A stretch of 63,773 nucleotides of DNA, the filler included, from Stramenopiles sp. TOSAG23-3 (lineage: Eukaryota), in the NCBI GenBank assembly GCA_900128585.1. It is 14 parts of 14 records of this genome, joined end to end, with 100 filler letters (N's around TTAATTAATTAA, not from the genome) between each part and the next. Parts side by side here need not be neighbours in the genome. Positions count along the whole stretch, not along the records: positions 22,072 to 27,479 come from LT643534.1; positions 27,580 to 32,986 come from LT643535.1; positions 33,087 to 38,492 come from LT643536.1; 11 more parts are not named here. The stretch is one strand, 5' to 3'. Numbering within the stretch: the first letter of the stretch is position 1; each line of letters begins with the position of its first letter. Made by a program: the position numbers and the translations under genes. A model generated the notes under the pieces. The model searched no databases. It saw only the letters and a list, made by a program, of their open reading frames with translations, and had not been told where the DNA came from. Below, piece by piece: positions 22,072-33,330 of this stretch.

Positions 22072-25000
22072 GCAGAAATAGTTTTTCCAGTATTATTACG
22101 AATGTAAAACCCCCCGTGTGTACCAATGTCTATGGACCGAACAATTGAACAGTCGTCCTCCCCGGGCGTTTCACCTCCGGTTTTTTCAAACATTTTTTGA
22201 ATGGCAGTGACTCTTTCGATTAATGCCAACGAGGCATTGATTTTTAGGGGGGCAACAGCGAGGGTTATGTGGCATATGCTGTTGTTTGGTGGCATCTTTA
22301 ATAAATCATTTTCATTCTGGTCGTCCAATTCATCACCAGAGGCGTCGACAGGAGGACATTGCAGAGGACCCAAGTGCACAGAAATCGGTGTTCTCTCAAT
22401 CAATGGTTCTTCATGTTGATTGTGCCCGTTATAATACCGAGAATACACGCAGGCATATATGTTTCCATTGAGCGTTTCTATCAATGCATTTTCATCTAGT
22501 ATATTCAACGACACCTCAATAGATTCAAGAGCAAATGCAAGAGCTGGCGTTGACGAAGCAATCATGGGATCAATAACAGTCAGGTAGAGCCCACCGAAAG
22601 CTACCATAACATCTGTCGACACTTCAAATAATCCTAAAGGCCTTTCTGTCACGCTTTGTACAGTGGGAGCTCCATGATTGTGCAAGTAAGAAAATATGTT
22701 ATCTGACAATATCGCACCAGAGGGGTCAGAAGGCTTCACCTGCCACCCCGGAAATTCCCCCTCTTCCACTAAAGGGGCCATTATAGACTGCCACGCGTAT
22801 TCGGCAAAGTTATAATTTTTGCACATTCTGATAATCTTTAATTGAAACACTTTTGTCGAAGAATAGACAACCGAAATTTTGTCTTTCAAAGAATTTTGGT
22901 TCACACCACATTCTCGTTGCAGCATATTCCAAAACTTTGTTTCTTGCTCGTCAAAATCGATGGATGTGGCGCGACCCCTATCAATGGAATCTACTGCATT
23001 ACCCACGGCGTCAGTAAGGGCACGACCCTTCGCCGCAATTTTCTCCTTCCATTGCGAGCTTGACCTTCGTAGTTGACCTTTCTTATCCCCAATTTTTGAA
23101 CTGGAGCGCGCGGGAAATTCTGAAGACTTACGGCCAAAACTAATATTGGAAAGCAATGAATCTGATCTCTCCGAGTAACGCCTTCCCGGAACAACAAAAA
23201 CGTTTCCTGCATATTCTGAGCAACATAACGCAATCTCTTTTACTTTTCTATAAGAATTACTTGAGTCGACCATGCTATCAAGTTGCAACTCAAACTCTTT
23301 TGCTGTAATATCTCCACTACCATCGGCATCAATATCCTCAAATACTTTTTTTACCAACGATTCAAATTCTGAAACCGTTAACTGTGCCCGAAAATGACCT
23401 TGCAACGCGTTTGAAAATTCCTCCAAATTTAATGTACCATTTCCATCGGAATCCATCTTTTCAAAAGAATGCAGCAGCTTTGCTTTTGTGCGCTTTACAG
23501 CCTGTGCCCTCCGAGCTGTAGCTGCCTTGGCTTCAGCATCTTTCGAATCGGCGCTCTCAGGCTCATTGCTGCTCAAATTGGACGAGATCTTATTCAGGAT
23601 AGACAATTGCGAATACGATACTCGAAAGTCTATGTCCTGGATAACGGCAGATACATTGCGCGATCCTCGTTTTACTTCATTATGGGACTCCGAGTTTACA
23701 GTGACATTGATTTCTTCTTCAATTTCAAGAATTGGTAAGGTGTACGACAACTCATAATGTATGCCAACATCTGGATTAAACTCAGGCAGCTCGATTTGTT
23801 TCAAGCCAAGGTCGTTTATCGACAAAACGATATCCTCGTTTTTCTTATCACTATCTATACCGACATTCAAATCCAAAGAAAATATAAACCCTTTCCCACG
23901 CTTCTTAGACGCGTCTGCAAGGAGTACAAGGTCTACATTTGAAACGACAATCCTGCACACTAGCTCCATTCCTCCGAGGAAACCAACGTTAGTCACTTCA
24001 GCGGTATTTCCCACCATTTGATAAGGATTTTCGGCGTAGACCTCAATGGGTTTATCATCCAGCACCACCGTTTCATCATGGTCACTTTCAAAAAGTGCGG
24101 ACAAGGAGGACACGAAATCTAGTATAAGCGGCGATGCAACAATGACATTTAAACCGTGCACATTCAAAGCAACATCTTGCTTTCCTGAAGAGTACGACAT
24201 ATATTGAAGTTCTATAAGGGCAGAGCGATCTGAATCAGAGCCGTTGTCAATAATTCGAGGAAAGAAGTTTCTTGATGTGTCAATTGCTCTTAAATCGTCC
24301 AGAAGAACGTTTCCAACTACTGCACTTACTTCGTATTGTTTGTGTGGACCTTCTCGGTTCACCATTTTTAATCCGGCCATTATGGTTGTTTGTGTGAGCA
24401 CGAGCAAAAAATTGTACGAGTCTTGGTCGTCTTGCAAAGCAAGCTCAAAACCTTCCAAGGTCAGCGCTACGTTTAACGAATCATACATCTGCGCATTTTC
24501 TTCCACTCTATTCTCCGGGTCAAACTTTACCAGCGGTACATTGTAAGCGAAGTCCGTGAAAATGCCAATTTTCTCTCCGTCTGGCAGGCTTTGAACTTTT
24601 TGACGTCGAAGCGTCGGTATGTCCCATTCTTCTACTTCCCATCTTAATAATAAAATAGCCTCCCAGTGCAGCAGCCTCTCTTCAAAGGACCGAAGCTGGA
24701 CCAATTCTTCAGACTCCAGTTTAGTTTTTACCGTTTTCCACTTCTTATAAATACCTTTGTAGGCCACCTTTTCTTCATAATCAAGCGGCTTCAAGGCTTT
24801 CTTGTATTCTCGTAATAATTTCGATTGGTATGCTGTGAACCCCCCCATTTTACCAAGTAGCTTCATTACAGCCGATATTTTGCCCTTTGACGCTTTAACC
24901 ACTATATTAGAAATGAGAAAATCAATATCCACTACCTTTTTCTCCGGCATGTCAGTTGCCTGCATCAATACCCCCATTACCGGTGGAAGCCCCAAAGTTA

Positions 25001-26573
25001 AACTTAAGCTAAAAGGAGAAAGTATTTCGGCGTCTAGGGAGAGAGGTTCGGCTGAACTCGGAGCTTCATCCTCATCCGTGCTATCGTCCCATTCGCTAGA
25101 TTCTTTTCTTTCTCTGCGCATAACGCTTGTAACAACGCAAATACCGTCGACCACAAAATCTCTCTTTCGTTTCTTCGCCGATAGTTGACCGAGTTTGACT
25201 CGGGCAATTTCAACACCCAAGGTTCCAACAGTAATTTGTTCGGAGGGTCGAATCCGAAATGCTATCCCAGTAATACAAACAGTGAGGGCATCGATTATGT
25301 TATCGATCATTACCGTTATCGCACTAGGTTTCACATATTGGCCCACTCCGCGCACTTTGTTTTTATAGTTTTTCATTCTATTTTCTAAAAGGGTTTGCCA
25401 ATAATCTGCGTAAGATTGGGGCAAAACCTTTTGGGCCGCGATCGTGTCGTCCTTGAATTTTTCGTATTCGCTTTCTTCCAATGGCAAGAGCTCTCCAAGT
25501 ATGCCTTCGATACTTATTTCAATGCCGCATAATTTCTTGAGCAATGGTACTTTGATGGAAATTTCTTTTATAAGAATTGATGAGGCCTTAAGACCCAGCA
25601 TTGCTTCAAGCCCCAGCAGTGGCAAAGTTTTTTTTGTCAAAATGATGTTCTTCAAGATCAGGCGAGATTCGCTGGGATGAAAATGAACACTAAATCCTGG
25701 CGCGAGGTACTGCAGTGCAGAAATATTCAGTAGCGTTGATATGGTATAATTTCCAAACCCATACATGTACAAAAAACCAGTGATTGATACCCAGAAAGAA
25801 ACACTCATCATCCAACACGATAAAGAATAGACCGTCGAAACCACCCCCAGCACGCGACTGCTAAAATAATAAAGTAGTGCAAGGACAACTGCCAGTGCCG
25901 CGCCGTACTCGCTTAGTGTCACGACGCTCATGGGCGCCCCTCCAGCGTCCTTCTTTGCTATGGCAGACCCTTCACCATGGCCAGACACGGGATCATTTTC
26001 TATGGTCTCGATGTTAGTAATTTCACTTCGAAGCGAAGAGGGTTTTCTTAGGCTGGGGGGATTTGCAATAGAGACTCTGGTAAGGGACCTTCTTTTTCGT
26101 ATCTGCGTAAGCGGAGAGTTAGCTCCGACTTCGCGAGAGTCGAGAGCAACGAAAGAATCCCGGACATTTTTCTTTACCCCTTTCACTTTCCCTTGAAAGT
26201 CGCTAGACTTTTGTCTAAATAACTGTTCCTCCGCAATCACCTCACTAACCGGCGGAACGCTGTTGCGGGTTAACTGTGAGTTTATCAGGTCCACCCACTT
26301 CTTCGCCTGCTTCGTGTCTCTTGCTCGGAAGTGGACGGTCCTCTTTCTGGTCACGATAGCAAACTCTCTAGAGTCGTTTGCAAGATCGTTGATCACACTG
26401 ATTTTGAAGGTATTGTCCTGCAGGATAAATTTCCCCTTGAAATGATCCTTTGAATACTGCCGTATCTCATTCTTTCGAAGTACAAAGCGATATTTTTTCC
26501 AACGACCAAGAAGCCGTCTGCTTTTTTTCTCAAGCTGCTCATCCAGCAGGACTTTTCCATCTCGGAACGACAT
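22072..26573 (-). CDS. PH domain + TM + VPS13-like lipid-transfer protein with an EF-hand pair (3' partial)
   Basis: PH motifs (WKKYRFVL, KKWV), hydrophobic helices and beta-rich VPS13-like repeats. EF-hands DSDGNGTLNLEE and DADGSGDITAKE. RYYN...EPLIE and FYIRNNTG resemble the VPS13 adaptor-binding region. Confidence 0.72.
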
Positions 26574-27818
26574 ACTGACAACACCACCCTTTCGTTAAAA
26601 AATGTTATTCAATAATCCAGTGGAGCTATACAACTAGGGCTAACGGCAAACACTCATTGATTGTTGGAACGAGTAGGATTTTTTCATTCAAACCATCATC
26701 CACCAGTGAGACTCCATCATTTAACAGAGTCGTTTAACTAATTATTAATATTAAATTTACTCTGACTACTCAGAGATAATTTTTTTATTATTATTTTTTT
26801 ATTTTCCTCCTATCCTTATCCTCCTCCTCCTCTGCTGATGATGATACCGTACTTCTTGGTATAATAATACCCCCGTACCGGTACCGGTACGGTACCCTAA
26901 CTATTTAATACCTGGAATACCTGTACCGTAATATAATGTAAGGCATCATATTATTTAAAAAAAAAAATCTCCTCCCTAGTAAATAGAACTGTTAGTAATT
27001 TAAAAAAAAGATTTAATTCCCCGCTGGCCGGCCGGCACGAATACGACCCTCGTCGTTTTTTTAATTTTCAGTACAGTTCTTTATAGACTAAGTTGAAATG
27101 TTGTTTGATTGGGATAAATAACCATTTTAGTATTACCTCGTATGGGACCCGACCCGTATAACCCTATAGCTATTTAAATAATAAATTAGAGACAACTTAT
27201 ACACAAAAAGTGACTTTTAAAGGGAATAGCATCTTCACTGTGTCCTTTGAAAGAACGCTGTATTGATTTCAGAAGGTTGAGGATTGTGGAGACGTGTTGT
27301 AATGCATAAAAAAATAATATTATTATTTATAAAAACAAGAAAATTGGCTGTTATTTAAGTAATTAAATTTAGCTTCGTCATACCCTAATCCTAACTTGGC
27401 TCTGTAATTTCGTCTCATTGATGGTTGTCAATCATTTTTTTAAAAGTGGAGTCCATGAACTATCCGGAGCGGTATCTGANNNNNNNNNNNNNNNNNNNNN
27501 NNNNNNNNNNNNNNNNNNNNNNNTTAATTAATTAANNNNNNNNNNNNNNNNNNNNNNNNNNNNNNNNNNNNNNNNNNNNATAATAAAAAAAAATGTTAAA
27601 AATCAAAGTGTTGTAGTAGTAGTGATTTTACAGAAATATATATTGATATAGAGAGAGGCATGATCAAAGGAACGAAAGGAAAAAACTGAATTGATTCATT
27701 GGCAAGTTAGGATTTTTGTTTGTGGGCCTAACTTTTACGTTGTTTGAATATATTTAGTTATTTTTCACGTCGACGAAACTCATAGGCGTTTGTTGTCTCC
27801 CGCCGGTGTTGGAGAACC

Positions 27819-28916
27819 ATGTCGAACATCGCTATCCTTATCCGGAAAATAGGCGTGCCGGCGAGCCGTGTGCGGCCGAAAGCAGAAGAGCTTTACCGGC
27901 TGTCCAGAGTGAAGCGCCCGGTGATGGGGAAAATGGAGGTCGCGCGGGCCGCGCTGTGCGTAGACTGTGCGTGCCGGGTATGCGACGAGTCGCCCCGGGA
28001 CGCTGACATTCTTCGAAAGTTCTCAGGGGTCGCGCCAAACATGTACAACGCCCTTCTGGGACAATTTCAAACGTTCCTGGCCATCCGGACGAAAGCGACG
28101 CACTCCATCAGGAGCTTGGCGATCCAATTTGGAATGTCTAGTATGGTAGAGTTTGTAGAGAAAACTCTTGAAACGTTCGAAAGGCGGTTCTTAGAGTCCC
28201 TGGCAGAAAACCGAAGAAAGCACGCAAATTTTGACAGCCCCGCGTTCAAAGCGGCCGCGTTTTTCCTGTGCGCCCAAAAGCGCAAGAGGGCGTTGGACAA
28301 ACGGCGACTTTTGCAGCTTGCAGCGGTCGACGATGAGGTGTTCAAAAGCACGTGCAACGCGATGCTTCTTCATTGTTTTGATACAGTTGGAATCGGCAGC
28401 AAAAGCGATGCCCGGGACGTGAAGGACCACCGACAACTGATCGACAACTGCAAATTCATTGAAACCGCGGGGGACCGAAAGAACAGGGGGGACGACGACG
28501 CAGAATACGAGCAATGGAAACAAAGGGTGATGAAGAAACGGACGGAGGCAAAACGTGCAGAGTTAGAAAAGGTGAAACAGAAGAAACGAAAATGCATCGG
28601 AGACAGTCGATTGGAGGGAAAGCGCGGTGCCGAGAATGCAGGCATGGGGAAAAAGAAGAAGCCCAAAACGGGGCGCTCGGGCGTGCTGCTGCTTCAGAAC
28701 GATGAGAATGTTCCGAACAAAGGGGCTCGTCGATTCGGCGCGTTCGTCCCGAGCGGCAGCACCGGCCCGAAGCGAAAACTGAACACCGGGGCAAAAAAAA
28801 GGAAGGCTGGCAAAAGTGCACCACTAGGGAAAGCAAAGAAATCACCGAAAGTTGAAACAGCGAAGAAAAAGCAGCAAAGCATTGACTACTTTGCAGATTT
28901 TTTGCTAGGCCAATAA
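27819..28916 (+). CDS. ORC6: Origin recognition complex subunit 6
   Basis: KAEELYRLS, IRSLAIQFG, NFDSPAFKAAAFFLCA, DKRRLL, EYEQWKQRV; basic tail. Confidence 0.88.
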   Translation: MSNIAILIRKIGVPASRVRPKAEELYRLSRVKRPVMGKMEVARAALCVDCACRVCDESPRDADILRKFSGVAPNMYNALLGQFQTFLAIRTKATHSIRSLAIQFGMSSMVEFVEKTLETFERRFLESLAENRRKHANFDSPAFKAAAFFLCAQKRKRALDKRRLLQLAAVDDEVFKSTCNAMLLHCFDTVGIGSKSDARDVKDHRQLIDNCKFIETAGDRKNRGDDDAEYEQWKQRVMKKRTEAKRAELEKVKQKKRKCIGDSRLEGKRGAENAGMGKKKKPKTGRSGVLLLQNDENVPNKGARRFGAFVPSGSTGPKRKLNTGAKKRKAGKSAPLGKAKKSPKVETAKKKQQSIDYFADFLLGQ

Positions 28917-29110
28917 AGTTCACGTTTGGAATGTGAATATGTGTCGCCCAGTAAATTAAAATCCTAACATAGAGAGTGATACACTTTTCAAGTCTAAAAA
29001 GAAGATTTAAAATTATAAGAATTGCTTCGTACAATATAAAAACGTGTAACTTGCCATAATGTTACGATAAGACATTTTTCAGCCCCTTTTACCATCTTTC
29101 CCAAGCCTTC

Positions 29111-29911
29111 TCACATCTCCTTCGGCGCATGTTCATGGACGACTGGGAGGGCAAGGCCGAGGCTCATCCAATGCCTCGGATAGTACACCCGTACACTCGA
29201 ACGACGCTCCGCAAGATGCCCGTACGCGGCAAACGCCAACCAGTAATAAGGGCCAATTGCAGAGGTCCAATGAAAAAACGCATGCAATGGCACCGGCAAA
29301 TCGGTTAACCCCGTTATCGGACGGTCGGGGAGCAGTCTATTCCCACAAAATACCTGCTCTGGGATCCAGAGGAGAAAGAACCCGCCTGCGTACAAAACAA
29401 CGGCCAGGTTCGCGAAACGTTTCAGGTCGGCGTGCCTGGACTCGGACGCATACTTCACCGTGCAAATGATTACACTGGCCACTGTAACGATGTAGCTAAT
29501 GATGAATATCACGAAACCTCCAGCAAAATATATTGTCGTGCTAACAATACCACATGCAGCAAGGACGCACCCCCACCAACGGGTACTCTCGGCCTTTGCC
29601 CCGAGCGTCAGGACAGTGAACAGAAAGAACAGGGAGGACCACAGCATTGGCAACTCGTCCAACATTTGGCCCTCTCGTTTCAATGTTCCATGGAACGCCA
29701 AGGATCCAAGCCCAATAATGGCGACGCCAATCGACGAAAGCATAATTTTCCAGCCGAGCTTGTGCACAATCGCATGCTTTAGAAAGTACAGCCCAAAAAG
29801 TAAAATTGGAACGGAGGACAAAGACGAGAAAAACTCCGCCACGTAGTACGTTACTACGTAGTTCCTTTCACAGAAATCATAGTCGCTTGTTACTTTACCC
29901 CAATACCCCAT
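29111..29911 (-). CDS. Alkaline ceramidase (CREST family, ACER3-like)
   Basis: GYWG.VTS.YDFCE.NY, SLAFHGTL, QMLDELPM, HAFFH. Confidence 0.95.
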   Translation of the reverse strand: MGYWGKVTSDYDFCERNYVVTYYVAEFFSSLSSVPILLFGLYFLKHAIVHKLGWKIMLSSIGVAIIGLGSLAFHGTLKREGQMLDELPMLWSSLFFLFTVLTLGAKAESTRWWGCVLAACGIVSTTIYFAGGFVIFIISYIVTVASVIICTVKYASESRHADLKRFANLAVVLYAGGFFLLWIPEQVFCGNRLLPDRPITGLTDLPVPLHAFFHWTSAIGPYYWLAFAAYGHLAERRSSVRVYYPRHWMSLGLALPVVHEHAPKEM

Positions 29912-30309
29912 ATCTACTCGTGCTAGATCACCACAACTTAATTGCTTTCACCATTTTTTAAATTCTTTCGTTCTTTCAGAGGATTGCTTCTGGAATTTTT
30001 GCCAAACTTCTTCTCAACAAAGAAAAACAAAAAAGCACACTCACTCTACTCCTCATCTCATTTTCAAAATATAATAATTAATAATAATTTAAATTATATA
30101 AAATTAAGGGTGCAGTTGGACTAGCGACTGCCTTTTCTTTCTCCATAATAATAAAAAAAATATATATAATAAATATGCATTCTCCTATTCTCCTATCCTC
30201 TTATTTGTATAAAAAGTAGTCTTCTCCCTCTGTTAGTCTACCGCAGTAGCCGCTCAGCTCTTCCCCTCCCTTATCTCGGTTGTATCTGCTACAATGCCAT
30301 CTATTACAA

Positions 30310-30759
30310 TTACCACCACGTGAGCTCTGTCATAAGCATGATGAGGGCGAAGATGCTCCAAAGAAACACAAGCGCAAACCATACACGGAGCCACTTTTTG
30401 TAGGTTGTCTTAAAGTCCAACAAATCCACCAGAGAGCGCGTCGCGACAGCAGCCATGGAAACGACAAGTGCATTCCTCTCGCAGAACAAGGCGCCGGCGA
30501 AGCAGGCTGCCGCAACGGCCAGTTGCCTCGCAGCCCAGCCACCAAGGTTGGGATTCATCTCCGTGGAGTCAGTCTTCTTGTTGAGGAATTCTCCGCTTGA
30601 TACGAGCAGGCCCAAGGGCCCAAACTGTGGAAAGAACTTGACTGCTAAACCTGAGAAGAAGTGCACGCAACAGAAGATGATGGCCAGACCTTCAGCGGTA
30701 GGAACCCACGGGTTGGGTCCACGGGCTCCAGTTGTGTTAACTGTTCCATTAATGGTCAT
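30310..30759 (-). CDS. Small multi-pass membrane protein (possibly DUF4267-like)
   Basis: About four hydrophobic helices and WAARQLA...RSLVD; GC-rich island in AT-rich flanks. Confidence 0.65.
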   Translation of the reverse strand: MTINGTVNTTGARGPNPWVPTAEGLAIIFCCVHFFSGLAVKFFPQFGPLGLLVSSGEFLNKKTDSTEMNPNLGGWAARQLAVAAACFAGALFCERNALVVSMAAVATRSLVDLLDFKTTYKKWLRVWFALVFLWSIFALIMLMTELTWW

Positions 30760-31736
30760 GATTGACGATTAAGTGGCTTGAGTGAGTGAATAACTATTCG
30801 CTATCAAACTATTCAACAGATGTTGCAAGATAAATGTGCAGGTATCTAATAAATGTGTTTTGTAAAGCGTGGCGGGCGATGTAGATGGTGCGTGTGCATT
30901 CTTCATTGATTGTACATATAAATATACATGTAATTATTATTATATTTATTATTATTATTATTATGGCTTATTATTATTATTCATTTTATTGTGCTTGCTG
31001 CATCATATTATATTATTATTATTTGTCCCTCTTCTCCTTTTTGTTGACGCATCAATTTGAGAGAGGATCGATGGAATGAGGAAAAATACGCCGGGAATAG
31101 CAGCTTAGGTAGTAGTAAGTATAGTAATGCACCCCTCCCCCCTCCCCGCCCGCCCGGCCCCCGCCCGGTCGATGGGAGGATGATGGTTTATAATACATTA
31201 AAATAGTCGTCGTCTAGTATAGGTTGGTTTATTTATTATTTTATACTATAAATTCAAAAATATATAGTATATATTAATATGTAGTATAATCCTTAATCAT
31301 ATAATAAGGTTATTGTTATTTATTATGTTACAAGACAGACCAACACCATCGAAGGAGAAGAAGTTTCACGGTTTGTACGATGGTTTCATATTAAAATACT
31401 GTAGTTTAGTACTTGGTATTACGGTAGAGAACGAGAAGAAAGAAGTTGTTTTTTTTAGCGTCTTCTTCTTGCGTCTTCTTCTTTCTTACTTCTTTTTTTC
31501 TTCTTCTTCTTTTGTTCTACTGTGTACATATAGTAGTACCGGTAGTAGTGGTGGGTGGATGGTGAAAAAATCGTTGTTGTTGTTCGATTTGTTATTCTCT
31601 TAGAACTTGAAGTAGGAGAAGTGTTTCGTTGTGAATGATTCCGTATCTTTTGATAAGTCATCGAAATATTGGCTGGTGATAGGAAACATTTCGTGTTTTG
31701 CTTGTGTGCTGTGCATGCCAACTGACTGTCTGTTCC

Positions 31737-32561
31737 ATGTTAGAGACGGAGGAAAAGGAGCAAACGCAAAAGTCTGTGCCACCACCTGACGCAGGTCAAA
31801 GCGAGGAGGATAACTCCGCGGAGGTGAAAATACCCATCTACACCGTGACCCAAACGATAGAAGAAAGTAAACAGGCAGACCGTGCTTTGGGTGAAAGCAT
31901 GCCTTTGATGACTGTCCATATCCATGGGTATAAAACCTGTAATTTTTTTAGAGAAGCGGTATACCACGCAAAGCTCGTGGAGAAGAAAGGGCTCATCAAG
32001 TTGGAAGTGAAGGGCTACGTAGAACGAAGCGTTTATTTCCGGTGGCTGAAAGAAGAGAGCTCGAAACTGATTCCATGCGGAGTAGATCACGATACCTCGC
32101 CGTTGGTGTGGAAAGATTCTGGTGGGAAAAAGAGTAACAACTGTGAATACATCGGCGGCGCCAACGAATTTCTGGTATTTCTAAAAGACGATTTTGGAAT
32201 TGGGCCTGGGGGGGCAAAGGTTATCAAGAACTGTGGCTTTACGTACAAAACGTTGGGCAAACGGGATAAAGGGAGGCTCATAATATCGGGTTTCATTTTT
32301 CTCGTCACGTGCGCCTTTGGGGCATACCTTCTCATAAATCCTACCGCAGACAAGCAAATGCGGTGGACATTATTTCCGGGCTTGTACGTGGCCTTTGTCG
32401 TGGCCGGGCAGGTGTTGGTGTTATGAGTCAAAGAAGCGTTTGTTAGTGTTTTGAAAGGAACCGCTACCAAACAGACAACGGCGAGGGTGTTCATGCTGCT
32501 GTTTATACCGTTAGTATTGACCTGCGGTATATGCATGTTGCTCACTCAACTGCCGTTTTAA
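31737..32561 (+). CDS. Glutaredoxin-like + membrane-domain protein; candidate selenoprotein (TGA 32424-32426 read as Sec; 274 aa)
   Basis: GYKTCNFF, TSPLVW and YIGG Grx-like motifs. The frame continues past TGA as VKEAFVSVLKG...VFMLLFIPLVLTCGICMLLTQLPF to TAA at 32559-32561. Confidence 0.72.
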
Positions 32562-32589
32562 ACGCATTCCTGCGTGAATGCGCTGTATT

Positions 32590-32663
32590 TAATCGTTGCG
32601 ATGAAATTCTTTCCCAGAAAATTAGCATAGTTGCACTGGAAAAATGTGAATTGAGCAAATAAT
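32590..32663 (+). promoter_or_regulatory. Candidate eukaryotic SECIS element (type II-like)
   Basis: ATGA at 32601, a 12-13 nt arm, AAAA at 32618, mini-stem GCA-TAGT-TGC, a complementary arm and GA at 32648 or 32653. Confidence 0.65.
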
Positions 32664-32809
32664 ATCTATAATATCATTAAAAAATTAAAATAAAAAAACA
32701 AGAAAAATCGGCTGTTATTTTAATGTAGTAAAATTAAAAAATTAAAGAAAAAATAAGGTGTCAGTTCAAGAACAATATCTCCTCCTATTGCAGATCCTCC
32801 CCAAATTCT

Positions 32810-32986
32810 GGTCAAGATTCCAATTGATTGGTCTTAAAAGTAAACAGCGGCATAAATGTTTTAAAGTGGGCTCGTTGTCTGTGGTACTGCTCAATGAAAT
32901 AATTATTGGTATTGAGTTTGATCGTTTCGTGGTCGTATACACATACAGATGTAAGTGTACCTTCTGGGAATCCTAAACGGCTAGGC
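32810..32986 (-). CDS. Possible 3' end of an unknown gene cut by the contig edge
   Basis: Frame open from the edge: PSRLGFPEGTLTSVCVYDHETIKLNTNNYFIEQYHRQRAHFKTFMPLFTFKTNQLES*. Confidence 0.35.
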
Positions 32987-33330
32987 NNNNNNNNNNNNNN
33001 NNNNNNNNNNNNNNNNNNNNNNNNNNNNNNTTAATTAATTAANNNNNNNNNNNNNNNNNNNNNNNNNNNNNNNNNNNNNNNNNNNNAGGAGTTTGGGTTC
33101 TTGAACGGTTTTACCTTCTTTTTTCTTTTCTTTTTTGACTTAAAACATACTATATATAATTTGTCTATAATATATAAATGATTACGAAAACCGGAGGAGC
33201 CGAAGTGTACGGAAAACAAAATAAACAAATTACCACAAGAAATAAAATGTTATCATATTATATTAAAACAAAAACCTTTTGAATATTGTGTCAGATTTAT
33301 TCATTGTGATACGGAACGTATGTGCCGTTT

